A stretch of 57,012 nt of DNA from Eledone cirrhosa (GCA_964016885.1 CAXHJY010000059.1:1-57012), one strand, 5' to 3'; positions 1 to 21,030 are shown, counted from the first letter of the stretch. Made by a program: numbers and translations. The notes: generated from the sequence alone by a model not told the origin.

Positions 1-114
1 CCCTCCTCACCAAGAAACCTTGCTGGGGTTGCCAGTTTAGTCGCCAACGACCCGACCATGAGACAGGTTGTACTGGGATACATGTTACCAGTAGCACCAA
101 CTGGTGACCTGACC
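1..114 (-). mobile_element. Module A, partial (5' end of short RTE-like element), cut by window edge
   Basis: Matches ~32766-32879 and ~23306-23418 (ccctcctcaccaagaaacc...ggtgacctgac). Confidence 0.8.
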
Positions 115-297
115 ATATATATAAAGGTATATATATACATATATATATACCTATATATATACATATATATATACCTATATATATACATATACCTATATAT
201 ATACATATACCTATATATATACATATACCTATATATATACATATACCTATATATATACATAAATATATATATACATATATATATACATATATATACA

Positions 298-349
<52 letters not shown>

Positions 350-372
350 CATATATATATACATATATATAC

Positions 373-403
<31 letters not shown>

Positions 404-996
404 CATATATATATACATATATATACATATATATACATATATATATATATACATATATACATATATACATATATATATACATATATATACATATACATAT
501 ATACATATATACATATATATATACATATATATACATATACATATATACATATACATATATATACATATACATATATACATATACATATATATACATATAT
601 ACATATACATATACATACATATATATATACATATATAAACATATATATATATATACATACATATATATATATACATACATATATATACGTATATATATAT
701 ATACATATATATACATATACATATATATACGTATACATATATACATATATATATACATACATATAATTACATATATACATATACATATATATACATATAC
801 GTATACATATATACATATATATATACATACATATAATTACATATATACATATACATACATATATACATATATATATATATACATATATATATACATATAC
901 ATATATACATATATATATACATATATATATATATATATGTATATATAAACATATATATATATATATATACATATATATATACATATAGATATATAC

Positions 997-1030
<34 letters not shown>

Positions 1031-1160
1031 GTACATAAATATATATATATATATATACATAAATATATATATATACATATATATATATACATAAATATAT
1101 ATATATATATACATAAATATATATACATAAATATATATATATATACATAAATATATATAT

Positions 1161-2255
1161 GGGGCCCTCTCGAGGGAAACACCGATAACAAGTGGGGTGC
1201 CCCAGGGGACAGTCCTGGGACCACTACTGTTTATGGTGGCTCTCTCGGACATGCCTTCTGTGGTGCATGCAACAACATCCCTCACTAGCTATGCTGATGA
1301 CACTAAGATAGCACAGGCAATCAAAAACCCGGCTGACATTGCCCTTTTACAGCAGGATCTGGATGCCATATACAGATGGGCGGAAGAAAACAACATGCAG
1401 TTTAATGCTGGCAAATTCCAAGCCCTACAATACAAACCTGCAAACACAAATATAGTGGAACACAGCTACACAGGACCAGGAGGGACCGATATCCCCGTGT
1501 CAAAATAGATACGAGACCTGGGCATAGACATGAGCGATGATGCATCTTCTTCTTCACACATCATGAACGTGGCGACAATGTGCAGACGACTCACAGGCTG
1601 TATCTTGAGGACTTTCCGGACAAGAGATCGAGAGACCATGTTGACACAGTGGAGGACTTTTGTCCTAAGCCGCCTGGACTACTGCTCACCCCATAGTGTC
1701 AAACTAACCACGGAGCTTGAGGCAATCCAGCGAAGCTACACCAAGAGGATTGCCAAGATGAGGGAGACAAGCTACTGGGAGAGGCTGAAAGAACTGAACC
1801 TCTACTCCTTGGAGCGAAGACGGGAGAGATACGCAGTGATCTACATGTGGAAAGTCCTGGAGGGACTAGCACCAAACTTTGGCATTGGGAGCTGGACCAA
1901 CGGTCGAACAGGACGTCACTGTGTGGTGCCAAAGGTCCCGTCTTCCACATCTATAATAAGGAGCAGGTATTGCAATAGCCTGGGATTCAAGGACCCTCAC
2001 CTCTTCAACAGGCTGCCGAGGCATCTGAGAGACTTGCATGACGTGGAGGTGGATGTCTTTAAGAAACATCTCGACACCTTGTTATCCAGGATCCCGGATG
2101 AGCCCACAGCAAGACACGACGGAAAGCTAAGGGCAGCAGCAACAAACTCCCTCTTACACCAGTGGCCAACCTATACAGGGTGGAGATAAAATGTGTAGCA
2201 ACAAGGGCGGTGCCCCAGCATGGCCTCAGCCGGATGGCTGAAACAGGTAAAAGAG
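1161..2255 (+). mobile_element. Module B copy 1: 5'-truncated CR1-group LINE RT, disrupted
   Basis: [13 protein letters not shown] and SYADDTK motifs; in-frame TAG at 1506-1508; 12-bp deletion (DYCSPHS vs [11 protein letters not shown]); 3' tail ggtgccccagcatggcc...gaaacaggtaaaagag. Confidence 0.9.
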
Positions 2256-3871
<1,616 letters not shown>

Positions 3872-4142
3872 TAGATAAATCTACCAAGAGTTTACGGTAG
3901 TGTCCAATCCGTATGAAGAACTCAATGTATTCCGGATATCATGGAAAGAAGAGATGTAATGAAAATCCAATTTCGGTGAAAGATAAACGGTATACAGAGT
4001 GAAGATAAAATATTAAATAAATAATGAACAGACAATTCCTTATATTAGTATATATATATATATATACATATATACATATATATATATACATATATATACA
4101 CATATATATATATACATATATATATATATACATATATATACA

Positions 4143-4248
<106 letters not shown>

Positions 4249-4406
4249 TACACATATATGTATATAAACACATATATATATACATATATATATATCTACT
4301 TATATATATAAACACACATATATATATATAAACACATACATATATATATATATATAAATACACATATATATATATAAAAACACACATATATATATATAAA
4401 CACACA

Positions 4407-4444
<38 letters not shown>

Positions 4445-4600
4445 AGTGTATAGAAAGTTGATACCATGAAGATACGAGTTTCAATACCACACAGTCACTA
4501 ATGGCTACTTCGTTCTGCGGTCTTTTAAGGTTATTCACCCAATTTTACAAGATATCGCCTTTTGTTTGTCATTACTGTATACTTACTTTTGCAGACCCTA

Positions 4601-4645
<45 letters not shown>

Positions 4646-4652
4646 GACCCCA

Positions 4653-4696
<44 letters not shown>

Positions 4697-4740
4697 CAGA
4701 ATATTAATAAATGAAGACATTCACATAATCAAAATATATC

Positions 4741-4807
4741 TTTTATTACATATATTTCGAAGGTACTGTGCTGTTTTTTCAGTACGTCCTCGTCAGATAA
4801 AATACAT
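4741..4807 (-). ncRNA. Minimal type I hammerhead ribozyme motif
   Basis: Minus strand: atgtattttat CTGACGA ggacgtactg aaaaaacagca cagtaccttc GAAA tatatg TA ataaaa. Stem II 9/10 pairs (one G-U); stem I ttttat/ataaaa; GUA site. Confidence 0.8.
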
Positions 4808-4852
4808 GAATTCGAACCATTAAGACCGTTGAGGTATGTCATACATCAATTC

Positions 4853-4922
4853 ATGTATTTTATCTGACGAGTACGTACTGAGAACACGGTACAGTACCTT
4901 CGAAATATATATAATAAAACAT
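4853..4922 (+). ncRNA. Minimal type I hammerhead ribozyme motif
   Basis: atgtattttat CTGACGA(4864-4870) gtacgtactg agaacacggta cagtaccttc GAAA(4902-4905) TATATA TA ataaaacat. Stem II 8/10 pairs; palindromic stem III; AUA site, predicted cut after 4913. Confidence 0.75.
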
Positions 4923-5085
4923 ATATCTTGATTATGTGAATGTCTTCATTTATTAATATTCCGAATAATATTAGTAACTTCAGGAAATGTCACTGTAGAG
5001 TGCTTTTAATCTATTGTAAAACTATATTCATTGAGTAATCAATGAACCATATTAATCTTTGGTTATATATATATATATATATATA

Positions 5086-5655
5086 GGGTTCTATAGAAAT
5101 AGCGGACAGCTTCCGTTACCTGGGTGACAAAATCAGCAGTGGGGGAGGGTGCTCTGAATGTACAGTAGCTAGAGTCAGAACTGGATGGAAAAAGTTCAGA
5201 GAGCTTATACCACTATTAGCCGCTAAAGGGTTTTCCCTAAAAATGAAAGGCAGGTTGTATGATGCCTGCATACGAACAGCAATGTTGCATGGCAGTGAGA
5301 CCTGGGCATTGTGTGTAGAGGATATACATAGACTAGAGAGGAACGAAGCTTGCATGCTCCGCTGGATGTGTAATAGTAATATACGTGAACGGCAAAGCAT
5401 AAACGAACTAAGGAAAACATTAGAAATAAGAGGGATCAGATGTTGTTTACTCGAGAGAAGGCTACGCTGGTATGGTCACGTGATGCGCATGAAAGACGAC
5501 AGCTGTATAACAAAGTGCAGGGCAATAAAGATAGACGGTAGCCACGGAGAAAGCAGACCAAGAAAAATCTGGGACTACTTGATAAATTCCGACCTCACAC
5601 ACTTACACCTCTCCAAGAAAATGTCACAGGACCGAGATCTTTGGCGGTATTCAGT
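5086..5655 (+). mobile_element. Module D copy 1: RTE-clade LINE C-terminal coding fragment, fused to B
   Basis: RYLGDKISSGGGC, MLHGSETW, RRLRWYGHVMRM, RPRKIW, DRDLWR motifs. Confidence 0.9.
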
Positions 5656-6519
5656 TTAATGCTGGCAAATTCCAAGCCCTACAATACAAACCTGCAAACA
5701 CAAATATAGTGGAACACAGCTACACAGGACCAGGAGGGACCGATATCCCCGTGTCAAAACCGATACAAGACCTGGGCATAGACATGAGCGATGATGCATC
5801 TTTTTCTTCACACATCATGAAAGTGGCGACAATGTGCAGACGACTCACTGGCTGTATCTTGAGGACTTTCCGGACAAGAGATCGAGAGACCATGTTGACA
5901 CAGTGGAGGACTTTTGTCCTAAGCCGCCTGGACTACTGCTCCCAGTTGTGGTCACCCCATAGTGTCAAACTAACCACGGAGCTTGAGGCAATCCAGCGAA
6001 GCTACACCAAGAGGATTGCCAAGATAAGGGAGACAAGCTACTGGGAGATGCTGAAGGAACTGAACCTCTACTCCTTGGAGCGAAGATGGGAGAGATACGC
6101 AGTGATCTACATGTGGAAAATCCTGGAGGGACTAGCACCAAACTTTGGCATTGGGAGCTGGACCAACGGTCGAACAGGACGTCACTGTGTGGTGCCAAAG
6201 GTCCCGTCTTCCACATCTATAATAAGGAGCAGGTATTGCAATAGCCTGGGATTCAAGGGCCCTCAACTCTTCAACAGGCTGCCGAGGCATCTGAGAGACT
6301 TGCATGACGTGGAGGTGGATGTCTTTAAGAAATATCTCGACACCTTGTTATCCAGGATCCCGGATAAGCCCACAACAAGACACGAGGGAAGCCTAAGGGT
6401 AGCAGCAACAAACTCCTTCTTACACCAGTGGCCGACCTATACAGGGTGGAGATAAAATGTGTAGCAATAAAGCGGTGGCCCAGCATGGCCTCAGCCGGAT
6501 GGCTGAAACAGGTAAAAGA

Positions 6520-6520
<1 letters not shown>
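5652..6520 (+). mobile_element. Module B copy 2, further 5'-deleted (lacks YADD)
   Basis: Begins at cagtttaatgctggc (QFNAG); ORF 5709-6455; same 3' tail. Confidence 0.9.
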
Positions 6521-6556
<36 letters not shown>

Positions 6557-6557
6557 A

Positions 6558-6592
<35 letters not shown>

Positions 6593-6639
6593 AAAATATA
6601 TATATATATATACATAAATATATATATATATACATACAC

Positions 6640-6692
<53 letters not shown>

Positions 6693-6757
6693 CATATATA
6701 TATATACATATATATATATACATATATACATATACATATATACATACACATATATAC

Positions 6758-6790
<33 letters not shown>

Positions 6791-6867
6791 CATATATATA
6801 TACATATATATATATACATACATATATATATATATACATATATATATACATATATATATATACATAA

Positions 6868-6909
<42 letters not shown>

Positions 6910-6977
6910 ATAAATATATATATATACATATATATATATACATATATACATATACATATATACATACACATATATAC

Positions 6978-7073
<96 letters not shown>

Positions 7074-7103
7074 GTAAATATATATATATATATATATATA
7101 TAC

Positions 7104-7141
<38 letters not shown>

Positions 7142-7146
7142 GTAAA

Positions 7147-7222
<76 letters not shown>

Positions 7223-7281
7223 GTAAAATATATATATATATATATATATATATACGTAAATATATATATATATATATATAC

Positions 7282-7368
<87 letters not shown>

Positions 7369-7389
7369 CATAAATATATATATATATGT

Positions 7390-7426
<37 letters not shown>

Positions 7427-7585
7427 CATACATACATATAAACGTACATATATATATATATATATATACATATATATACATATATACATACATATATATA
7501 CATATATACATACATATATATACATATATACATACATATATATACATATATACATATATATATATACATATATACATACATATAT

Positions 7586-7674
<89 letters not shown>

Positions 7675-7677
7675 CAT

Positions 7678-7718
<41 letters not shown>

Positions 7719-8113
7719 AATATATATGTATATATATACGTAAATATATATATATATATATATATACATAAATATATATATATATATATATACATAAATA
7801 TATATATATATATACATAAATATATATATATATATACATAAATATATATATATATATATATATACATAAATATATATATATATATATATACATAAATATA
7901 TATATATATATATATATACATAAATATATATATATATATATATATACATAAATATATATATATATATATATACATAAATATATATATATATGTATACATA
8001 TATATATATATATATATATATATGTATACATATATATATATATATATATATATGTATACATATATATATATATATATATATATATGTATACATATATATA
8101 CATATATATATAT

Positions 8114-8160
<47 letters not shown>

Positions 8161-8226
8161 TATATGTATACATATATATATATATATACATATATATATA
8201 CATATCTATATATATACGTATATATA

Positions 8227-8258
<32 letters not shown>

Positions 8259-8421
8259 CATATATATACATATATACACATATATATATATATATGTATA
8301 TATATATGTGTATATATATATATATATATACATATATATACATATATATATATATATATAAACACACATAAATATATATATATATATATATAAACACACA
8401 CATATATATATATATATACAC

Positions 8422-8489
<68 letters not shown>

Positions 8490-8565
8490 ACACATATATA
8501 TATATAAACACACACACACATATAAACACACATATATATATAAACACACACATATATATATATAA

Positions 8566-8610
<45 letters not shown>

Positions 8611-8766
8611 AGTGTATAGAAAGTTGATATCATGAAGATACGAGTTTCAATACCACACAGTCACTAATGGCGACTTCGTTCTGCGGTCTTTTAAGGTTAT
8701 TCACCCAATTTTACAAGATATCGCTTTTTGTTTGTCATTACTGTATACTTACTTTTGCAGACCCTA

Positions 8767-8828
<62 letters not shown>

Positions 8829-8873
8829 TATTCAGAATATTAATAAATGAAGACATTCACATAATCAAAATAT

Positions 8874-8943
8874 ATGTTTTATTACATATATTTCGAAGGT
8901 ACTTTGGTGTTTTTTCAGTACGTCCTCGTCAGATAAAATACAT
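8874..8943 (-). ncRNA. Minimal hammerhead ribozyme motif
   Basis: Plus strand atgttttattacatatatttcgaaggtact...agtacgtcctcgtcagataaaatacat; core intact on the minus strand. Confidence 0.78.
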
Positions 8944-8988
8944 GAATTTGAACCATTAAGACCGTTGAGGTATGTCATACATCAATTC

Positions 8989-9058
8989 ATGTATTTTATC
9001 TGACGAGTACGTACTGAGAACACGGTACAGTACCTTCGAAATATATATAATAAAACAT
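8989..9058 (+). ncRNA. Minimal hammerhead ribozyme motif
   Basis: Same sequence as 4853-4922. Confidence 0.75.
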
Positions 9059-9227
9059 ATATCTTGATTATGTGAATGTCTTCATTTATTAATATTCCGA
9101 ATAATATTAGTAACTTCAGGAAATGTCACTGTAGAGTGCTTTTAATCTATTGTAAAACTATATTCATTGAGTAATCAATGAACCATATTAATCTTTGGCT
9201 AAATATATATATATATATATATATATA

Positions 9228-9797
9228 GGGTTCTATAGAAATAGTGGACAGCTTACGTTACCTGGGTGACAAAATCAGCAGTGGGGGAGGGTGCTCTGAA
9301 TGTACAGTAGCTAGAGTCAGAACTGGATGGAAAAAGTTCAGAGAGCTTATACCACTATTAGCCGCTAAAGGGTTTTCCCTAAAAATGAAAGGCAGGTTGT
9401 ATGATGCCTGCATACGAACAGCAATGTTGCATGGCAGTGAGACCTGGGCATTGTGTGTAGAGGATATACATAGACTAGAGAGGAACGAAGCTTGCATGCT
9501 CCGCTGGATGTGTAATAGTAATATACGTGAACGGCAAAGCATAAACGAACTAAGGAAAACATTAGAAATAAGAGGGATCAGATGTTGTTTACTCGAGAGA
9601 AGGCTACGCTGGTATGGTCACGTGATGCGCATGAAAGACGACAGCTGTATAACAAAGTGCAGGGCAATAAAGATAGACGGTAGCCACGGAGAAAGCAGAC
9701 CAAGAAAAATCTGGGACTACTTGATAAATTCCGACCTCACACACTTACACCTCTCCAAGAAAATGTCACAGGACCGAGATCTTTGGCGGTATTCAGT
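9228..9797 (+). mobile_element. Module D copy 2 (RTE fragment) fused to B
   Basis: ORF 9244-9801 with YLGD...DRDLWR; same CAGT junction as copy 1. Confidence 0.9.
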
Positions 9798-10661
9798 TTA
9801 ATGCTGGCAAATTCCAAGCCCTACAATACAAACCTGCAAACACAAATATAGTGGAACACAGCTACACAGGACCAGGAGGGACCGATATCCCCGTGTCAAA
9901 ACCGATACAAGACCTGGGCATAGACATGAGCGATGATGCATCTTTTTCTTCACACATCATGAAAGTGGCGACAATGTGCAGACGACTCACTGGCTGTATC
10001 TTGAGGACTTTCCGGACAAGAGATCGAGAGACCATGTTGACACAGTGGAGGACTTTTGTCCTAAGCCGCCTGGACTACTGCTCCCAGTTGTGGTCACCCC
10101 ATAGTGTCAAACTAACCACGGAGCTTGAGGCAATCCAGCGAAGCTACACCAAGAGGATTGCCAAGATAAGGGAGACAAGCTACTGGGAGATGCTGAAGGA
10201 ACTGAACCTCTACTCCTTGGAGCGAAGATGGGAGAGATACGCAGTGATCTACATGTGGAAAATCCTGGAGGGACTAGCACCAAACTTTGGCATTGGGAGC
10301 TGGACCAACGGTCGAACAGGACGTCACTGTGTGGTGCCAAAGGTCCCGTCTTCCACATCTATAATAAGGAGCAGGTATTGCAATAGCCTGGGATTCAAGG
10401 GCCCTCAACTCTTCAACAGGCTGCCGAGGCATCTGAGAGACTTGCATGACGTGGAGGTGGATGTCTTTAAGAAATATCTCGACACCTTGTTATCCAGGAT
10501 CCCGGATAAGCCCACAACAAGACACGAGGGAAGCCTAAGGGTAGCAGCAACAAACTCCTTCTTACACCAGTGGCCGACCTATACAGGGTGGAGATAAAAT
10601 GTGTAGCAATAAAGCGGTGGCCCAGCATGGCCTCAGCCGGATGGCTGAAACAGGTAAAAGA

Positions 10662-10662
<1 letters not shown>
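9794..10662 (+). mobile_element. Module B copy 3, 5'-deleted
   Basis: ORF 9851-10597 translates identically to 5709-6455. Confidence 0.9.
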
Positions 10663-10698
<36 letters not shown>

Positions 10699-10699
10699 A

Positions 10700-10734
<35 letters not shown>

Positions 10735-10783
10735 AAAATATATATATATATATACATAAATATATATATATATATACATACAC

Positions 10784-10840
<57 letters not shown>

Positions 10841-10875
10841 CATATATACATATATATATATATATACATATATAC

Positions 10876-10908
<33 letters not shown>

Positions 10909-10985
10909 CATATATATATACATATATATATATACATACATATATATATATATACATATATATATACATATATATATATACATAA

Positions 10986-11027
<42 letters not shown>

Positions 11028-11095
11028 ATAAATATATATATATACATATATATATATACATATATACATATACATATATACATACACATATATAC

Positions 11096-11195
<100 letters not shown>

Positions 11196-11225
11196 GTAAA
11201 TATATATATATATATATATATATAC

Positions 11226-11265
<40 letters not shown>

Positions 11266-11294
11266 GTAAAATATATATATATATATATATATAC

Positions 11295-11334
<40 letters not shown>

Positions 11335-11363
11335 GTAAAATATATATATATATATATATATAC

Positions 11364-11403
<40 letters not shown>

Positions 11404-11491
11404 GTAAAATATATATATATATATATATATATATACGTAAATATATATATATATATACATAAATATATATATATATATTATATATATATAC

Positions 11492-11542
<51 letters not shown>

Positions 11543-11563
11543 CATAAATATATATATATATGT

Positions 11564-11600
<37 letters not shown>

Positions 11601-11759
11601 CATACATACATATAAACGTACATATACATATATATATATATACATATATATACATATATACATACATATATATACATATATACATACATATATATACATA
11701 TATACATACATATATATACATATATACATATATATATATACATATATACATACATATAT

Positions 11760-11824
<65 letters not shown>

Positions 11825-11849
11825 CATATATATATATACATATATACAT

Positions 11850-11890
<41 letters not shown>

Positions 11891-12285
11891 AATATATATG
11901 TATATATATACGTAAATATATATATATATATATATATACATAAATATATATATATATATATATACATAAATATATATATATATATACATAAATATATATA
12001 TATATATACATAAATATATATATATATATATATATACATAAATATATATATATATATATATACATAAATATATATATATATATATATATACATAAATATA
12101 TATATATATATATATATACATAAATATATATATATATATATATACATAAATATATATATATATGTATACATATATATATATATATATATATATATGTATA
12201 CATATATATATATATATATATATATGTATACATATATATATATATATATATATATATGTATACATATATATACATATATATATAT

Positions 12286-12332
<47 letters not shown>

Positions 12333-12398
12333 TATATGTATACATATATATATATATATACATATATATATACATATCTATATATATACGTATATATA

Positions 12399-12430
<32 letters not shown>

Positions 12431-12503
12431 CATATATATACATATATACACATATATATATATATATGTATATATATATGTGTATATATATATATATATA
12501 TAC

Positions 12504-12534
<31 letters not shown>

Positions 12535-12595
12535 AACACACATAAATATATATATATATATATATAAACACACACATATATATATATATATACAC

Positions 12596-12652
<57 letters not shown>

Positions 12653-12731
12653 AACACACATATATATATATAAACACACACACACATATAAACACACATA
12701 TATATATAAACACACACATATATATATATAA

Positions 12732-12776
<45 letters not shown>

Positions 12777-12932
12777 AGTGTATAGAAAGTTGATATCATG
12801 AAGATACGAGTTTCAATACCACACAGTCACTAATGGCGACTTCGTTCTGCGGTCTTTTAAGGTTATTCACCCAATTTTACAAGATATCGCTTTTTGTTTG
12901 TCATTACTGTATACTTACTTTTGCAGACCCTA

Positions 12933-13000
<68 letters not shown>

Positions 13001-13045
13001 TATTCAGAATATTAATAAATGAAGACATTCACATAATCAAAATAT

Positions 13046-13115
13046 ATGTTTTATTACATATATTTCGAAGGTACTTTGGTGTTTTTTCAGTACGTCCTCG
13101 TCAGATAAAATACAT
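13046..13115 (-). ncRNA. Minimal hammerhead ribozyme motif
   Basis: Same as 8874-8943. Confidence 0.78.
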
Positions 13116-13160
13116 GAATTTGAACCATTAAGACCGTTGAGGTATGTCATACATCAATTC

Positions 13161-13230
13161 ATGTATTTTATCTGACGAGTACGTACTGAGAACACGGTAC
13201 AGTACCTTCGAAATATATATAATAAAACAT
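13161..13230 (+). ncRNA. Minimal hammerhead ribozyme motif
   Basis: Same as 4853-4922. Confidence 0.75.
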
Positions 13231-13399
13231 ATATCTTGATTATGTGAATGTCTTCATTTATTAATATTCCGAATAATATTAGTAACTTCAGGAAATGTCA
13301 CTGTAGAGTGCTTTTAATCTATTGTAAAACTATATTCATTGAGTAATCAATGAACCATATTAATCTTTGGCTAAATATATATATATATATATATATATA

Positions 13400-14185
13400 G
13401 GGTTCTATAGAAATAGTGGACAGCTTACGTTACCTGGGTGACAAAATCAGCAGTGGGGGAGGGTGCTCTGAATGTACAGTAGCTAGAGTCAGAACTGGAT
13501 GGAAAAAGTTCAGAGAGCTTATACCACTATTAGCCGCTAAAGGGTTCTCCCTAAAAATGAAAGGCATGTTGTATGATGCCTGCATACGAACAGCAATGTT
13601 GCATGGCAGTGAGACCTGGGCATTGTGTGCAGAGGATATACGCAGACTAGAGAGGAACGAAGCTTGCATGCTCCGCTGGATGTGTAATAGTAATATACGT
13701 GAACGGCAATGCATAAACAAACTAAGGAAAACATTAGAAATAAGAGGGATCAGATGTTGTTTACTCGAGAGAAGGCTACGTTGGTATGGTGATGCGCATG
13801 AAAGACGACAGCTGTATAACAAAGTGCAGGGCAATAAAGATAGACGGTAGCCACGGAGTAGGCAGACCCAGAAAAACCTGGGCGACTTGATAAATTCCGA
13901 CCTCACACACTTACACCTCTCCAAGACAATGTCACTGGACCGAGATCTTTGGCGGTACTCAGTAATAGAGAAGACCCGCCTTACCTAAAGACAAAGTAAA
14001 ACCTACTACAGTCAGAAGGCATCTCTAACAAAATACACTCCCGTCCCCCACCCCATCCACACCGCCCCTTTCAATGTAAAGGTATGTTGGTGCCACAACA
14101 TCTAGGCCGAAACAAATGAGATCGTGTAGGTGTCACGGCAATAAAAACACACAGTCCACGCTGTAATGTGGCCGTGTAGGCAACA
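13400..14185 (+). mobile_element. Module D copy 3: RTE fragment with frameshifts and partial 3' UTR
   Basis: ORF 13416-13850 leaves the RTE frame after WYG; native end EKTRLT* near 13987; breaks off at ggcaaca into a TA tract, and module A is absent before the next B. Confidence 0.88.
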
Positions 14186-14218
14186 TATATATACATATAC
14201 ATATATATATACATATAT

Positions 14219-14259
<41 letters not shown>

Positions 14260-14320
14260 TATATACATATATATATACATATACATATATATATACATAT
14301 ATATATACATATATATATAC

Positions 14321-14391
<71 letters not shown>

Positions 14392-14462
14392 TATATACAC
14401 ATATATATACATATATATATATATACATATACACATATATATATATACACATATATATATAC

Positions 14463-14497
<35 letters not shown>

Positions 14498-14500
14498 CAC

Positions 14501-14547
<47 letters not shown>

Positions 14548-14589
14548 CATATATATATATTTACATATACATATATATGAATATATAAG

Positions 14590-14625
<36 letters not shown>

Positions 14626-14716
14626 ATTATATATATATATATATGCATATATATATATATATATATATATACATAAATATATATATATACATATATATAT
14701 ACATAAATATATATAT

Positions 14717-15831
14717 GGGGCCCTCTCGAGGGAAACACCGATAACAAGTGGGGTGCCCCAGGGGACAGTCCTGGGACCACTACTCTTTTTGGTGGCTCTC
14801 TCGGACATGCCCTCTGTGGTGCATGCAACAACATCCCTCACTAGCTATGCTGATGACACTAAGATAGCACAGGCAATCAAAAACCCGGCTGACGCTGCCC
14901 TTTTACAGCAGGATCTGGATGCCATATACAGATGGGCGGAAGAAAACAACATGCAGTTTAATGCTGGCAAATTCCAAGCCCTACAATACAAACCTGCAAA
15001 CACAAATATAGTGGAACACAGCTACACAGGACCAGGAGGGACCGATATCCCCGTGTCAAAACCGATACAAGACCTGGGCATAGACATGAGCGATGATGCA
15101 TCTTTTTCTTCACACATCATGAAAGTGGCGACAATGTGCAGACGACTCGCTGGCTGGATCTTGAGGACTTTCCGGACAAGAGATCGAGACACCATGTTGA
15201 CACTGTGGAGGACTTTTGTCCTAAGCCGCCTGAACTACTGCTCCCAGTTGTGGTCACCCCATAGTGTCAAACGAACCACGGAGCTTGAGGCAATCCAGCG
15301 AAGCTACACCAAGTGGATTGCCAAGATGAGGGAGACAAGCTACTGGGAGAGGCTGAAAGAACTGAACCTCTACTCCTTGGAGCGAAGACGGGAGAGATAC
15401 GCAGTGATCTACATGTGGAAAATCCTGGAGGGACTAGCACCAAACTTTGGCATTGGGAGCTGGACCAACCATCGAACAGGACGTCACTGTGTGGTGCCAA
15501 ACGTCCCGTCTTCCACATCTATAATGGGGAGCAGGTATTGCAATAGCCTAGGATTCAAGGGCCCTCAACTCTTCAACAGGCTGCCAAGGCATCTGAGAGA
15601 CTTGCATGACGTGGAGGTGGATGTCTTTAATAAACATCTCGACACCTTGTTATCCAGGATCCCGGATGAGCCCACAGCAAGACATGAGGTAAACCTAACG
15701 GCAGCAGCAACAAACTCCCTCTTACACCAGTGGCCAACCTATACAGGGTGGAGATAAAATGTGTAGCAACAAGGGCGGTGCCCCAGCATGGCCTCAGCCG
15801 GATGGCTGAAACAGGTAAAAGAGTAAAAGCG
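14717..15831 (+). mobile_element. Module B copy 4: 5'-truncated CR1-group LINE with open frame
   Basis: Starts ggggccctctcgagg directly after (TA)n; tail repeat gtaaaagagtaaaag. Confidence 0.92.
14753..15757 (+). CDS. Non-LTR retrotransposon reverse transcriptase, C-terminal part (uninterrupted, no real start codon)
   Basis: 334 aa with [39 protein letters not shown]; lacks the endonuclease and N-terminal RT motifs. Confidence 0.55.
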   Translation: MPQGTVLGPLLFLVALSDMPSVVHATTSLTSYADDTKIAQAIKNPADAALLQQDLDAIYRWAEENNMQFNAGKFQALQYKPANTNIVEHSYTGPGGTDIPVSKPIQDLGIDMSDDASFSSHIMKVATMCRRLAGWILRTFRTRDRDTMLTLWRTFVLSRLNYCSQLWSPHSVKRTTELEAIQRSYTKWIAKMRETSYWERLKELNLYSLERRRERYAVIYMWKILEGLAPNFGIGSWTNHRTGRHCVVPNVPSSTSIMGSRYCNSLGFKGPQLFNRLPRHLRDLHDVEVDVFNKHLDTLLSRIPDEPTARHEVNLTAAATNSLLHQWPTYTGWR

Positions 15832-20704
<4,873 letters not shown>

Positions 20705-20960
20705 AAGTGTATAGAAAGTTGATACCTTGAAGATACGAGGTTCAATACCACACAGTCACTAATGGCTACTTCGTTCTGCGGTCTTTTAAGGTTATTCACC
20801 CAATTTTACAAGATATCGCCTTTTGTTTGTCATTACTGTATACTTACTTTTGCAGACCCTAGTATATATATATATATATATGTAGACCCCAGTATATATA
20901 TATATATATATATATTATTCAGAATATTAATAAATGAAGACATTCACATAATCAAAATAT

Positions 20961-21030
20961 ATGTTTTATTACATATATTTCGAAGGTACTGTGCTGTTTT
21001 TTCAGTACGTCCTCGTCAGATAAAATACAT
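20961..21030 (-). ncRNA. Minimal hammerhead ribozyme motif
   Basis: Core tcgtcag...tttc and stems intact. Confidence 0.8.

Larger units (their letters stand above)
4444..5065. mobile_element. Module C copy 1: Penelope-like/retrozyme-type fragment with ~124-bp-arm inverted repeat (4689-4812 / 4848-4971)
   Basis: Left arm atattattcagaatattaataaatgaagacattcacataatc...tacatgaatt is the near reverse complement of aattcatgta...gattatgtgaatgtcttcatttattaatattccgaataatat, with a 35-nt loop. Family assignment is inferred from hammerheads plus partial inverted structure in (TA)n. Confidence 0.65.
8610..9202. mobile_element. Module C copy 2 with inverted repeat 8825-9107
   Basis: Near-identical to copy 1. 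Confidence 0.65.
12776..13374. mobile_element. Module C copy 3 with inverted repeat 12997-13279
   Basis: Matches copy 2. Confidence 0.65.

Noticed and set aside
4580-4601. Splice-like words (acttac; ttttgcag) in module C
   Set aside because: They adjoin TA repeats with no plausible exon or partner site.
4689-4971. MITE with terminal inverted repeats, or pre-miRNA
   Set aside because: The arms make up nearly the whole structure and carry hammerhead cores, one arm continues into unique sequence, and no TSD can be separated from (TA)n. A MITE is not fully excluded.
5243-6455. Programmed frameshift fusion protein RTE-CR1
   Set aside because: The offset is explained by the CAGT deletion junction; both parts lack catalytic motifs and no frameshift signal is evident.
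14753-15757. Retron, DGR or group II intron RT paired with nearby structured RNA
   Set aside because: Motifs, C-terminus and repeat tail are those of a eukaryotic CR1-group LINE; the hairpin is a separate module kilobases away.
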